Assembly (NCBI GenBank): GCA_022813965.1
Contig: JALDZS010000024.1
Span: 62,001-126,000, forward strand
Origin: Toensbergia leucococca
Taxonomy: Eukaryota
DNA: 64,000 bases
Direction: 5' to 3'
How positions within the stretch are numbered: the first letter of the stretch is position 1; the number at the start of each line of letters is the position of its first letter. The notes beneath the pieces were generated by a model. The model made no database searches, was not told the DNA's origin, and worked only from the letters and a program-made list of their open reading frames with translations. A program made the position numbers and the translations under genes. This document shows, piece after piece, positions 13,103-26,019 of this stretch.

Positions 13103-14473
13103 ATGCCTCGAGACATACTGTTCCGCGTAGCTGGCGGAATTGCTGTCTTACTAAGCCTCGCTGCGACTGCCTTCATTGTCCTCATGGTCGTTTCCCTGAC
13201 TGTTACTCGGAGGCCAATTTTCATCATAGCACTCGCAGCAGCCACTACTCAAGTTTTGGCTTTGGCCGCCCTTGTCTACCTTGTCCTCCGCCATATTCGC
13301 CCCAAAAATTCCACTAGGAAGGATGTTGAGCGTGCATGGGACCGACGAGTAAATCATCGTCTACTTACTCTCGGAATCACAACCTCTACACTAGCTGGGC
13401 TCGTGACAGCTGCTACATTGGGATGGACGGAAGCCAGCGTCTCTGAAATGCCAGGACGTACCTTGGGACTACAATTCTCCGTTTTTCTGCTCTGCACTTT
13501 CATTATCTGGGGCGTCTCATTCCTGGCCCAAGTCCTATTCTACGTCTACTTGGTTCGTGTGAGAGAACGTCGTGCAGAAAATCTAACAGAGTCTTTCGAC
13601 CGGGTTCCAGAGGAGCTTCCTCAGATGAAAGAGCCAAGTCGACCGGGTACTTCAGCAACTACGCGGTCAAATCCATTTCGAGAGCCGCCGTTCTCGAATC
13701 TACCTTCTTCTCCCACGGCGTCGGACGGTGTTAGCTCTCTGCGATCGTCCCTCTCTGAGGTGGTTCGGCCAGGGTCTTCCAAGATGAGGCTGCTTGGGCG
13801 CCAGCAGCCATTTGCACGCGATTCAAAACGGTCCTCTTTTGACAGCCCCTCGGGGGAACGAATGTCTCAAGATGACGGCTTCGATTCGTGGGATACATCA
13901 GGCGTTGCCACTCAGATGCGAGAAACAGTACTTCATTCATCCCCCCTGACCAAGGGATCCGGTTTAGAACCAATACCCGGAAGCCGATCTCCATCCCCAG
14001 CGACTGCGCTCGAGGGCCCCTTTTTCCAGCAAAGTCCGACGTCGAGCCCACCATCGAGCCCACTGCCGAACTTCTCCAGGCCCGGCTTGCGACAAAGGTC
14101 GGCATCAAGTGAAGACCATATCCATCCTTTGTTCAGACCCAGCAGTCCTGTGCCGCCACCGAATGCAATGCGGGGCACAATGGTCACGGCAGCCCCGCTC
14201 GCGGGCCAACTTATCAGCCAGCAAACTTTGAGCCGGATGAGGTCTGGCAGCCTTCCATCAAGCCCAAGCCCCCTGATACAATCCCGGAGCTACAATGACA
14301 TGGATGGGCTCCAGGTGCTCACACCGCCAAGCCGGGAGATGACGCCTCCGATACCTGATTTCATTCTTTCAGCCGGAGCACGGACAAGCCTTTTGGACTA
14401 TGACAAACGGAGACTGCCTTTGCAGTGGACCAAAGAGGGATTTGGGCATGCAGGTCCAGATGCAGGAGATTGA
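13103..14473 (+). CDS. Hypothetical membrane protein: about 4 N-terminal TM helices and a Ser/Pro-rich disordered tail
   Basis: 456-aa intronless ORF with four hydrophobic segments followed by low-complexity sequence with short motifs (DGFDSWDTS, EDHIHPLFR, PPIPDFIL). Confidence 0.8.
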   Translation: MPRDILFRVAGGIAVLLSLAATAFIVLMVVSLTVTRRPIFIIALAAATTQVLALAALVYLVLRHIRPKNSTRKDVERAWDRRVNHRLLTLGITTSTLAGLVTAATLGWTEASVSEMPGRTLGLQFSVFLLCTFIIWGVSFLAQVLFYVYLVRVRERRAENLTESFDRVPEELPQMKEPSRPGTSATTRSNPFREPPFSNLPSSPTASDGVSSLRSSLSEVVRPGSSKMRLLGRQQPFARDSKRSSFDSPSGERMSQDDGFDSWDTSGVATQMRETVLHSSPLTKGSGLEPIPGSRSPSPATALEGPFFQQSPTSSPPSSPLPNFSRPGLRQRSASSEDHIHPLFRPSSPVPPPNAMRGTMVTAAPLAGQLISQQTLSRMRSGSLPSSPSPLIQSRSYNDMDGLQVLTPPSREMTPPIPDFILSAGARTSLLDYDKRRLPLQWTKEGFGHAGPDAGD

Positions 14474-15519
14474 TGAGGAAGTGCACTTTGGGTGTTTGGA
14501 ACAGTGGGAATCGGCTTTTGCATCTTGACTTTACTAGCGTGGCGTCTCCGGGAAAAAGTCTACCTGCTCAGGGTATGGGAAGGGATCAGGAGAAGGGAGA
14601 TTTAGATTTATCAAAACATTGAAAATATGCAAAATAGCAATATTATTACACTGGCACTGTTCAATGCCAATGACCGAGTTGAAATGGGGTGAAATGCCCG
14701 TTCGAATTGAATATGCAACGATACCTTGATCAACACAGCTTGGGTACAGTAGCTGGCATAGACGTATGTTTTCAAATACTGCCCTGTTTCAGAAATCACA
14801 GGAAGCAGATGCTCTTAATGCCCCAGTACGACATGTTGAATGATTAGTAGAAAAAGAAAAGCTGGTGTTCTTGTAGGTATGCTGTAACTAAATATCGGAG
14901 CTAGTCGTGCCTACAACAATCAATAGAGTGCTCTGCAACATGTAATGCAATTCCCATTCCCATTTCCATTTCTCTTTGTCCACAACACTTCCTCCTACGA
15001 AACAGTCTCTATCACTAAGATAACAAACCACACATTCATCCATAGTCACAAAGCCTGTCTTGTTGAAAGCCTCTGCTGCAATCCTTCCTTTCCATAACAA
15101 CCTCCGGTTTTGCTTTGCAACTACACCTCTACTAGCCAACATCGACACCTTCGACCACAATTTATCAAATCCTTTGAAACGGGTAGATTAAATCACCAGA
15201 GTGCTATTACAACCGTCTAGCGATACAGAGTAAGCAAATATCACTTTATTTACATTTGCGTGTTGCCTTGCGCTTTATGCAAATTACATTTGTGTGTCCT
15301 CGTAATGGTGATCCGGGGGAGACCTTACAACCTCAACATCACCATGCTTTTGCTTCAACACTTTCTTCCTCATGTCTGCCTCATACTTAATGCTTGTGCG
15401 TTCCTTTGCAACTCCTACCTTGCAATAAATAAATACTGCACCATTTCTAGTGGACAAATATATGTCTATTTATATATATGTATATATATATACATACACA
15501 AAGGCCACTCGACTGACAT

Positions 15520-18194
15520 TTGCCCCAGGATATGGCGGGCAAAAAGAGAAAGGTCGAAGAAGACCAGCAATCAGATGTGCCTGCTCCAGCGAAGAAGGCC
15601 AAGACCATAGGACCGGTTCAAGTTTTCCATATGCAGACACGTCGTGCCAAATCAGCTGCAATATCTCAAGTTTCTGCCACACCATCGCTACCACCGTCAC
15701 TTACGCCCACAGTGGCCCTGTCTACCACTCCCACAGTCGCTCCTTCGACAAGCCCCTCCCTGCTACCATCCATGGGCCGTCAGAGCTCGAGCCAAACAGA
15801 TTTTCCCACTCATTTGGATCAGAATCAAGCAGGTCTTGAGTCAATTGATAGTCTGCCTTCTGCAAAGTCTCGTACCGCATCCATTGCCCTTTCTTCTGCC
15901 CAGGACATGAGTCGCCAAGACTCGACTCAAACCCAGTCTTCAGGCCAACCTGACACAAAGAAACGAAACATAGAGTCAGTCGAAGATCCTACTGTCCCAG
16001 AGCCTCCAAAGAAGAGGTTTCCTGTTGGTACCACTAGAACAAAACGCGGCGTCAAGTCCAAGAAAAGGGATACGAAAGATGTTACTGACACTGTACCTGG
16101 TTCACTACGAAGGACAACCCGCCGTGTTAAGCCAGTCTCCAAACCTCCAGTGTCCGCAAGGGGGAAACGTGCACCTGGGCGCCAAAGAGTACCCAACGAA
16201 GATCCAAAGATCGAGGCTGATTGGATTCGCATATCAGAGCTGAAAAGGACCTATAGAGAAGTACTCAAGGCTTTGAAACCGGCACTCAACGAGATTGCGA
16301 GTCGGGCAGAGACGGAAGTCAAAGGTAGCGAAACAATTGACAAGAACACCAATGAATATGCCGCTCTGGAAGCAGATCTCGAAAAACATCTGCGTGAAAC
16401 ACTTGCTACTCTGGAACGCGACCTGCATCATAAGGTGGAGCAAGTAAATAGGGATTTCATTGCTCAGACGGGTAGTATCAATCATATGACCGAGGTATGA
16501 AGTCTTCCATCCCGCCCCAAACCTCAGAGCAGGTGCTAATTGGACATAGTATCGCTGCGAGGAAATCAGGCAGGATGTTCTCACACATGCCAAGTTGGAT
16601 ATGATGAAAACCGCTCTAGATAAGGAGAGTGATAGCGAAGCAACGGATGACGAGGTTAGTCCAAAGGGTATCTTCCTGGAGCTCTGAGAAGTCACTGACA
16701 TACTGATAGGATGGTCTGCGCCGAATGCCGAATAATCGCAACCCAGGCGCCTTCAGCAACCGCTCCACGGACGAACAAGGCCGTTTCCTTATCGAGACTG
16801 ATCGCTCCTGGGAGGATTGGACTGACAGAATACGTACTCAGCGGGCTTCGGAGACCGTGGATCCGAAAATAGGAGACACAAAGACCACAGCTCTCAGAAG
16901 AGAGGTACTGCCATACAAAGTCCTTCCGCGATCTTTCGCTTCAATAAATCCAAACGGGCTGGGGGTATCAGAGGATTTTATGGGCATCGATTTACTAGGA
17001 CGTGCCACAGGAACGGTTGAGAACCCGGAAGATCGTTTGAAGCTAGACATGCTTGCCAGTGTCGGATCTCAAGCTCCACGAGTGGAAAGACCCAAATCAA
17101 AAGATCCCAAGAAGGAGATTATCCCACTTAGTACGTTAGGGAGAAACCTTCATCCTCGGAGAAGTGATCCAGGGAGGGTTTCAAGCCAGTCAAGTATGGG
17201 CCCATCAGATCCGTCATCTCGACGAAGTTCGCTGGGACAGCCATCTTCGTTGCGCAACCCAACGTCAGATATCTATCAACGACAATGGAATCCGCAACAA
17301 AATGCACCTTTGTTACATACTGAGCTGTCAGAAAGTGCTCCTAGACAATCTGGCTTCCAGAGGCATGCACCATTGATTTTGGGCGAATTACCAGAGTTGC
17401 CTTTGCCCCCAAGGCGATCGAGTTATCAGAGACGTGCACGACCGGCACAAAATGACGGCCAAGAGATTTTCTCAATGCGATCGACTCTGCAAAATGAGGT
17501 GCCTGTACCCTATGGTGACATGCCCAGCGACAATCCAAGGCGGAAGAGTCATCGGCGACAAGCATGGCAGCCATACAATGAATTTCCGGAGACGTCTCTC
17601 AGACGATCGAAATTGCCGACACTGGCTCCCAGGCCCTTTGAGCCTCGAGAAACTGTGGAGAGGGTTCAGCCGCGAGCAACGGCACCAGAGCTGGGACTAG
17701 TCCCGAGGCAATACATGAACGTTCAAGCTTTGACTCCAAACCAATATCGCGGCATGCCGTCTTACTTCTCTCGTATGCCACCACCACCACCACCTGCATT
17801 TCACGATCAGAGGCACGCAGCTCTTACAGCACATCAATCACCGTATCAACAACGTCCAACCCTGGGATCGAATACCGAGCTTCAAACGGCTAGCGGAGCG
17901 ATGCCACCACCAGGGTCTTATGGCAACCAAGGGGTAGTAGCACACTCACACGGAGCAACTCGTACCGCGGCAACTTCTACCCGTGCACCACCTCTCTGGA
18001 GTGAGCCAATCTCTACTGAGAGCACAACACTGCCACCTCCACCCCCTCATCCACATTGGAACGGTCCAAACCCAAGTACTGGAGGCACCATGGGTCCTCC
18101 ACCTTCGCCGTACTCTTCCTACGCGTCGGTAGAAATGCCCTCTGTGGCACCGAGCACAGTGTATCCTCCACCACCGCCCCCAGGCTGGACCTAG
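15520..18194 (+). CDS. Hypothetical protein (basic N-terminus, central coiled coil, Pro-rich C-terminus)
   Basis: ORFs 15520..16500 and 16725..18194 join in frame through GT-AG introns at ~16495-16549 and ~16655-16710 around a small exon YRCEEIRQ...EATDDE. NLS-like KKRK and PPKKRF motifs. Confidence 0.7.
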
Positions 18195-18245
18195 GCATCT
18201 CTACATTTCCATAACATCCAAGATTGAGATTTGTGGCTTTTTCGA

Positions 18246-18735
18246 GTTTCCAAAAGCGTTGTAGCCTTCCCCAAGGTTCCGCTGGCGGCACTTAATTTAG
18301 TCCCTGGCTTCCAGTCTTAATTTTCAATATCCAGACATTCGACACCAACTTTTGCCTTCCCAGACTTGTCAAAAGCGTTGTAGCCTCCTCGGAGGTTCCG
18401 CCAGCGGCATTTGATTTTTCTATCAGGCTTCTAATAATTGAGTTCAAAATCGGATGTTCGACCACGCAGTGTTTTTCTTGCCTTGCTTATCGCGACTTTC
18501 TTCGGTGCTTGCCTCTAGTACTTCCTCAGTCGATCCGCCTTTAACAGCTGGAGCCCGGGTTTCTATCATCACGACCTCGCACCTAACTTAGTTCTTCCCT
18601 GATTGATCCGCTTCGGCTGGATCTCAGGTTTCTATCACGACACCGCGGGCCTGTACACCATTTTCCAGCATTTTTTTCTCGTTCGTCCGAGTCTTGCCAA
18701 AAGCATTGCAGCCCTCTGCGAAGTCCGGCCAGGAA
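18246..18735. repeat. Degenerate ~119-bp direct repeat (two adjacent copies plus a more diverged partial third)
   Basis: CAAAAGCGTTGTAGCC...GGTTCCGC.GCGGCA at 18251 and 18370; CAAAAGCATTGCAGCC at ~18698. Confidence 0.7.
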
Positions 18736-19673
18736 TACTAGTCTAGCCCACGCCGTCGATCGGGTTCAACATTCCTCCTTTCTAGCACTGGCTCAACAGT
18801 GTTTTCTAGTCAGCAAATCATCGACCTCGCCCTCGCCTCTAGGCTGGACCTAAGCGCCAAAGGCATTTTTTTTCCTTTCAAAACAGATTGTCACACGTTT
18901 TCCAACATGCGGTCATTTCAGCGGAGATACCCACACAGCGCCTATGCTGTTTCCCATATTTGTAAGCGAGTCCTATTAGTCGTTTACGGAGTCAAAGGTT
19001 ATTTCGACAGGATGTTTCAATAGAGAGGTTTTTGAGGAGAAGCGTTGTGAAGCATTTGGGCAGCTCAATGACATGCTTCGGTTGGATGCTACCTTTCCTA
19101 TGTGGAAGGTCCTGTATGACAAGTTCAGAATACCTCATCTAGTCAGTCAGAATGCAGAATGATTCTCTTCCACGAAAACAAGCGTGCCTGATCTAGCCGA
19201 CTCGTGAGCATCTCTCCGCTCCGGCTGTGACTCATTCAATGGTTCCCCCCCTCGCCTGGGTAGACGTAATATGGCCAATCTAGACATTCGAGTCACAAAG
19301 CCCGTAAGTCATCGCTCTATCCCTCTGTGTAAAGCCATTCCAAAAATAATGCAATATGCCGACATAGGTAGGTAGCGTAAGAGATGAGTCTTTCTAGCCT
19401 AACTCGTCCTCGTCGTCGGCGAAACCCCTTAACCGCCGATTCTGTGCGTCATTTCGCCCCTCCAAACCCCGCCAAGGATGCAGGGTCTGCGGGGTGGTGA
19501 TTCGATGCGCAACAGTTACCGTATTGTATGGATACGAGCAAGGTAAGGTGATTCAACTCGGGTCAACTACTTGTACGAGAGGAAGCTGCCTCTTTTTATT
19601 CCAAGAAGAGAATTGATAATCAGGAAATTTCAGAGACTTGACTTTCCCCATTGCACACCCTTCCTCCGCAATC

Positions 19674-20751
19674 ATGGCCGTTCGCGCCCAATTCGAGAAC
19701 TCCAATGAGTGCGCTTTCTCATTTCCTGAAGTCCTTGGTGCGCGGGGTTATGGCTACTGATTGAATATGTAGGGTGGGAGTATTTGCTACACTGACGAAT
19801 GCCTATGCTATCGTTGCTATTGGGGCTTCAGAGAACTTCTACAGGTACGCTCGCTAGCTCGATTTCAGTCACTTGAAGTCAAAAGTCATTGTTGGTGCCT
19901 GGGGAGGAACGAGAGGCACATGCCAAGGGACAGTGACATTTTCTTGATTGGAACATTCATGGTAACTAATGAATATTGAGCGTGCCAGCGTCTTTGAAGC
20001 GGAGTTGCAGGATGTAATTCCTATATGCCATGCTACGATTGGAGGGACCAGGATCGTGGGGAGGTTGACTGCTGGGTATGTTTCTTACTAGGCCTATCGT
20101 CGCAAAGCTCGCCCTGTCTATAAAGGACTAGCCGCTACCAATACTGACATTGTTGCAGTAATAGAAAGGGGCTCTTGGTGCCGACCTCGACGACTGATCA
20201 GGAACTGCAACATCTGAGGAATTCAATACCGGATGAGGTCAAGATCCAGCGGATTGAAGAGCGGTTGTCGGCGCTAGGGAATGTAATATGCTGCAACGAT
20301 CATGTTGCCCTAGTACATCCGGATATTGAACGGGAAACGGAGGAAATGTGAGTTTTGCTTATGTCAACGACGGGGTTGACTGACGGACTGCAGTATCGCC
20401 GACGTTCTAGGCGTGGAAGTTTTCCGCCAAACGATTGCGGACAATGTCCTGACAGGCTCGTACATGTCGCTTTCTAACCAGGGGGGCATAGTGCACCCGA
20501 AAACGTCGATACAAGACCAAGACGAGCTGTCGAGCTTGCTGCAGGTGCCGCTAGTAGCTGGAAGTGTAAATCGAGGATCACCAGTAGTCGGCGCGGGAAT
20601 GGTGGTGAACGACTGGATGGCTGTGACAGGATTGGATACGACGGCGACGGAGTTGAGTGTTGTGGAAAGTGTGTTTCGTTTAGGAGAGGGGATGGGGCCG
20701 AGCGCAATCAATACTACGAACAAGGACACGATGGTAGAGTCATTTTACTGA
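19674..20751 (+). CDS. TIF6: Eukaryotic translation initiation factor 6
   Basis: Spliced product [24 protein letters not shown]...GNRKGLLVP...VAGSVNRGS...DTMVESFY*, with four introns. Confidence 0.98.
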
Positions 20752-20976
20752 TGTCGGAGAGCTGTGGCGATGGGAGGCTTGTTCTGCAGCGGGATCCTGC
20801 CAATAGATTGGCCATGGTCATTCGAGCGTGGAGGTTGGCTTGTGAGAGTACTAGCAGAGAATCGACGACACGGCTTCGGCAAACAAGCGTGCACTCATAC
20901 CAGCCATCTACCATCAAGGGAAAGTCCTATATCATCGTGCTGCCGGTTCGAGGATGCGTGCATGATCGAGCAATGA

Positions 20977-21696
20977 TCAGCCCTGCAATGATCCGTTCTG
21001 TAAGTCAATGATCAGTATATCAAAATCAGCGAAAGGCTTCTCCAATCGACTCACAATGAATTGCTCTAACCCCAATTCAAACATCTCACAATTCACGCCT
21101 AGACCACCTGGATGTTCGATCGGCGAGAGAGGATTTTTGACCACTAGGAAGAGAATCAATTTCCCCTCGATCGACTATCAGTGCTTTAGGGCTGTATCAA
21201 TTACCGTATTCCACATAGAGACTGACGTATATCTGATGCAATACGATCCTCAGATTGTTCGTCTTCGTATCCGTAACCATGACGAATTTCAAGGACGTAG
21301 GAGACTCATAATAATGTAGCTTGTAATGGCCCGTACGATACGAGATGAAGCTTTACGAGAGTACATGGTTAGTAACAAACATGCACATAATATCATGAAA
21401 GAGGTCCTCACTTGTCTTCTGGTCCTCCGAGTTTTCGGACCATGTTTCGTAGGGAGAAGATCGTTCCAAAGATCAACTTTGCGTCATCTTCAGCGCTTAA
21501 GGCTTTTCCATGTGTAGCGCCGGTTAGGAGACCGTTGGATTGAGTTGCCCTGGAGGAAGAGCTGGTGGGCCGGGGTAGCCATTTCTTCTTATAGATACAA
21601 TCGGCTGAGTAGGTGATTAATATACCTTACCAAGGATACTTAAAATGCTTACTACTTACCGTGACGATCGAAAATGTAGAAGGAGTAGACAACCAT
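20977..21696 (-). CDS. BET5: TRAPP complex subunit Bet5/TRAPPC1 (sybindin-like)
   Basis: Spliced product MVVYSFYIFDRH.DCIYKKKW...DDAKLIFGTIFSLRNMVRKL...YRTGHYKLHYYESPTSLKFVMVTD...YVEYVVKNPLSP...NGSLQG*. Confidence 0.93.
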
Positions 21697-21976
21697 CTTG
21701 GAATGTGTGGGAATTAGAGGACACAAAGAGTGGCCGTACCTAAAGTAGATGCTCAGCCCTATGCAGACCATCAATGGGAAGGATCGATGATGATCCACGC
21801 AGGGCCGAGGGCCAAGCTTTTTCTGCACGTGGCATCGACAGCCAAGATAAGCTCGATAAAGTGTCGGCCAACGGCTAACGGCTCGAATCCTCCACGATTC
21901 CCGTTTTTGTACTCCGTATTTACATACCCTACCTCCTACTTACCGTACCATTGATATCTCGCCTTCCCGTCTCACC

Positions 21977-24328
21977 ATGCCTCCAAAGCTTGAGAAACAT
22001 GCTTCGACCGAGGAGAAAGAGGCAAAGGCAGGCATAGTGCCCTCACATGGTATATCTATCGACATCCCAGGCGCAGGAGATGATGCTCGACCACCAAACC
22101 TTAGGCATATGTAGGGCTCTGAATTTTGCTTCTTTACTGGTGATGAATTGATACCGAACTTGTTGCCCTCAGGTCATCACCAGCTTATGAAAGCCCTCTG
22201 CGCCACCACCGCCGTCAACACTCAACACCTCGACAAGTCAAGGAGACCCTACATGCACGATCCGAATACACCAATAGCGAGGACGACGGCGTTGCAGTTC
22301 ATAGAATAAATCAGTACTGTATCAAGCAAGAAATTGGGAGAGGCTCTTTCGGAGCCGTTCATCTTGCGGTTGACCAGCATGGGACTGAATTTGTAAGAGA
22401 AATATTGGCAAGACACGACTGCCATTGTGGACTTGGTCCTTATCAATCGAGCTCTTCCGAGTAATCAAGCGGTCGCTGAAGCGTCACACTTACTGATTGA
22501 CGATGCATAGGCGGTCAAGGAGTTCTCCAAATCGAGACTACGAAAACGAGCGCAATCAAACATTTTACGCCGGCCACATGCGGTACGCAAACCAGGGCAC
22601 CTAGCTGCAGGAATGAGCTTCAACTCACCATTACATCGACATTCCGCATCGGACATCCACGATGGTGAAGAGGCAGGGAACCCTCTTTACCTGATCAAAG
22701 AGGAGATTGCAATTATGAAAAAGCTCAATCACCCGAACTTAGTGTCTCTTATTGAAGTATTGGATGATCCAAATGAAGACTCGCTTTATATGGTCTTGGA
22801 GATGTGCAAAAAGGGCGTGGTCATGAAGGTTGGAATGGATGAAAAGGCAGACCCGTATGATTCAGAGAGCTGCAGGTGTTGGTTTCGAGATTTGATCCTG
22901 GGCGTCGAGTATCTGCACGCACAAGGCGTTGTACACCGCGATATCAAGCCGGATAATTTGCTCCTTACCGAGGATGACATCCTCAAAATTGTCGATTTTG
23001 GCGTATCAGAAATGTTTGAAAAGACATCAGATATGTCGACTGCGAAGTCTGCTGGGTCGCCGGCGTTTCTACCTCCAGAATTATGTGTGGCAAAGCACGG
23101 AGGAATTTCTGGAAAGGCTGCCGATATTTGGTCGATGGGAGTAACAATATATTGCCTACGATTCGGCCGAGTTCCTTTCGAAAAACTCGCAGTCCTCCAG
23201 CTATACGAGTCTATCAAGACCGACAACATAGCCTTTGACCAAGAATGCGAGGAAGATTTCAGGGATTTGATACTAAGAATACTCGAAAAAGACCCTTTGA
23301 AGAGGATAGCAATGTCGGAGCTTCGGGTTCGTGATACTAAATGCTCGAAGTATAGAATAGATCGCTAACGAGCTATAAAGGATCACCCCTGGGTGACAAA
23401 GCACGGTTCCGATCCTCTGTTGTCAGCCGAAGAGAATACAGCAGACCTCGTCGAGCCTCCCACGGAAGAGGAAATGAACAGCGCCATCACAGGCAACCTC
23501 AGCAATCTACTTGTAGTTGTACGCAAGTCCCACGCTCACATATGGAGAAGAATTGCTGAACTTTCATAGATGAAGGCAGTCAAACGATTCAAGAATCTTA
23601 TTACGCAAAAGAGGCCTGGTCTGATGGAAGGTATATTGGGACGTGGAACGCGGATCGTTCAGCCTCCTCTATCAATAACCAGGCCAGAAAAACGACCGTT
23701 TTCCAACAAAACGCACAGCGTAGACGCGCATGATCGAAGGCCAATCGAGCAAGCATTGGTCGCCGAGGGCGTACATCGTGATATTGATATGAAGAGATTG
23801 GATGGGTCTGGCACTGATGATGAAGACTCAGCTGTCGCGTATGCTCCAGTCAAGAAGAAATCAGCAAGTTTCGATAAGCACGAGGCTAGTAGTCCCACTC
23901 GGAAACGAGACTTGCATGCTTCTCCGAGTGAGCATCGCTCAATCGGAGGGCTCCTCTCGAAGGATCACGACGGGACCAAGGACCATGGCAAAGGCCATGC
24001 ACATGACCCGCTCGAGGAGCACCTATTCCTCGCCGTTGGGCCAGGAGGCAGCGAAGATTTTCCTGATCCTCCTGTTGTCAGCGAATCACCGCCAGCGGCC
24101 GACGTCAATATCTACGAGACAGCATATCATTACGAGGTCGAACGCATTAGGGAAAGCCGAGGCAAAGAAGCTACTTTGTACTTGACGCGGCGGGTAGATA
24201 ACAAAAAAGAATACCAAGAGGATGAGAATCTTGTGGGGATCAGTCATGGCGAATCCACGCCAAAAACAGGATTTGCCAGACTCCTGGAGATGGCACGGGA
24301 AAAGGGGGAAAAGGGAAAGGAAAGTTAG
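21977..24328 (+). CDS. Calcium/calmodulin-dependent protein kinase kinase (CaMKK, CmkC/Ssp1-like)
   Basis: INQYCIKQEIGRGSFGAVH, AVKEFSKSRLRKR, HRDIKPDN, DFGVSE and SAGSPAFLPPE motifs; four introns. Confidence 0.92.
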
Positions 24329-26019
24329 GAGTGGGCGGGTGGAGCAGCAGTGCAGGGGAGATTCTCCAAAGCACAATGGAGTGGCCACGAAGTAGTAGGT
24401 GGTGAAGTAGATCTGATTCGCCGGTCCAAAGGTCTAGATGGGGTAAAATATGTGCATTACTCGATGTGTCCTTTACGGAATGGCGTTTAGAGACAGTGGG
24501 GAAAAGAAAAGCTTCGTTAGTGTTCCACTATTTAGGGTTTTTGGTGTTAGCGAAGGTACGATGTGATTCAGTCATCAGGTTAGGGGAAAGGCGACTAGAA
24601 TAAAACTCTGGCGGTCGGCGTCACATTCACGGCCACCTTACTGAGAGAATTGATCAGAGTGTGGCACTTTGATGCATAAAAATGCAATGAGGTGGATATG
24701 ATATCAAAAACTGATGGCGACCTATTCCTTGTACAGCAGTCGGTAGCTAATCTCCAATTGCGTGCCAATCCCTGTCATTCCACGCTGGTGTGCATTTTAG
24801 ATTGGGGATATCTACCGCCGCGGACAACGGATTAGACTCTTGGAGGCGTGAAAGATGGGCGGCACCAGCATGGGCTCTGGCTCTGCAATATCACTGGAAG
24901 ATAGGGTGTTGAGGAATAGAGGCGAAAGGGATATTGCACATGCATCACACGATGGAGGGTGTGGTGGAGTGAGATTTCACCACCTGCCAACTGCCAAGCG
25001 GTGAATGGGAACAAGACGTTACTTTTCTTTATGCATTGCCAACGATCATTGACGCAGTCAGACAAGGGAGTTTCTCTGCTCAGTATGAGGGATTTATTTG
25101 TCTCCTCCGCTAGACTTCCCGCAATTCCCCCCCTCTCCGGCGAGGGGGTCCAGTCATGTCGGGGACTTTGTTTTCAAGGTGAAAGCAGCATGTTGACAGA
25201 TATGGATAGGTAATGGAAAGCAGGGGGTTGATTGACGGGCTTTGATGACGGGGTTGAGTGTCGATTGCACTTGGCCCAGTGGCGGATGACGCATCTGGTG
25301 CTACTCATACGAGTCCCAGCATGTCGTAGTAGCACGATGCAAGTTGGTCTTGGCACTCTCGTGCAACATTAAAAGATCTACCGGCTTTAGTCAGGCAGTC
25401 GTAAAGAGATTTCACTTATTCTCCGCCAGCTGATGACAAACCTAAGAAGTCGATCCAAGACTTTAATAATAATCATCTTAGCCACTATGCACCTTTCAGC
25501 TCAGGCCATGTCCCAGAAGCACACTTGGCCTTGGGGTCATGTCTCATCATCCCGTCGCCCGTGATACTCTCTGTTTAGACCAACTTTGCACCCTAAATTC
25601 CGACCCAAACCTCACCACCGCCATTCTATTCACCAGGAATTCCATCACTGAAGACTCCGAATCAAACTGCTCTTCACTAAGACAAACCCCCACCGTCACA
25701 TAATTCATTCGAGATACAAAGAGCCACTGGTGCACCTTAGCTCTGGCGGTCGCACATTCGAGTCGCCTCGCGAACAACATTGGTAATCCATCACTTAAGA
25801 CTGGGCGAAGCACTTGACCTCCCTAAGCACTGGAATTTGGCCCGAATAAATACCTGTGTCTTCTCTTGAGTTTCTTTGTGCTATCTTGCCACCTTTACCT
25901 CCATCGTCACTTGATTCTGAGCTTTACTACTGCCTACCGCGCCACGGGCATTTGCCCACCCAGGACCCAGGTCTCCTTGTTAACCCGCCACCTCTCTCGA
26001 ACATCAACTCAACCCGAAA

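Noticed and set aside
15460..15499. (TA)n-like microsatellite upstream of the hypothetical gene
   Set aside because: Ordinary short simple repeat.
21860..21900. GCTCGAATCC resembling a tRNA T-loop/B box
   Set aside because: No cloverleaf or A box could be built; it lies in the BET5/CaMKK promoter.
25128..25340. Small hairpins upstream of the SAT4-like kinase
   Set aside because: Short stems with no further supporting motif; not distinguishable from chance.
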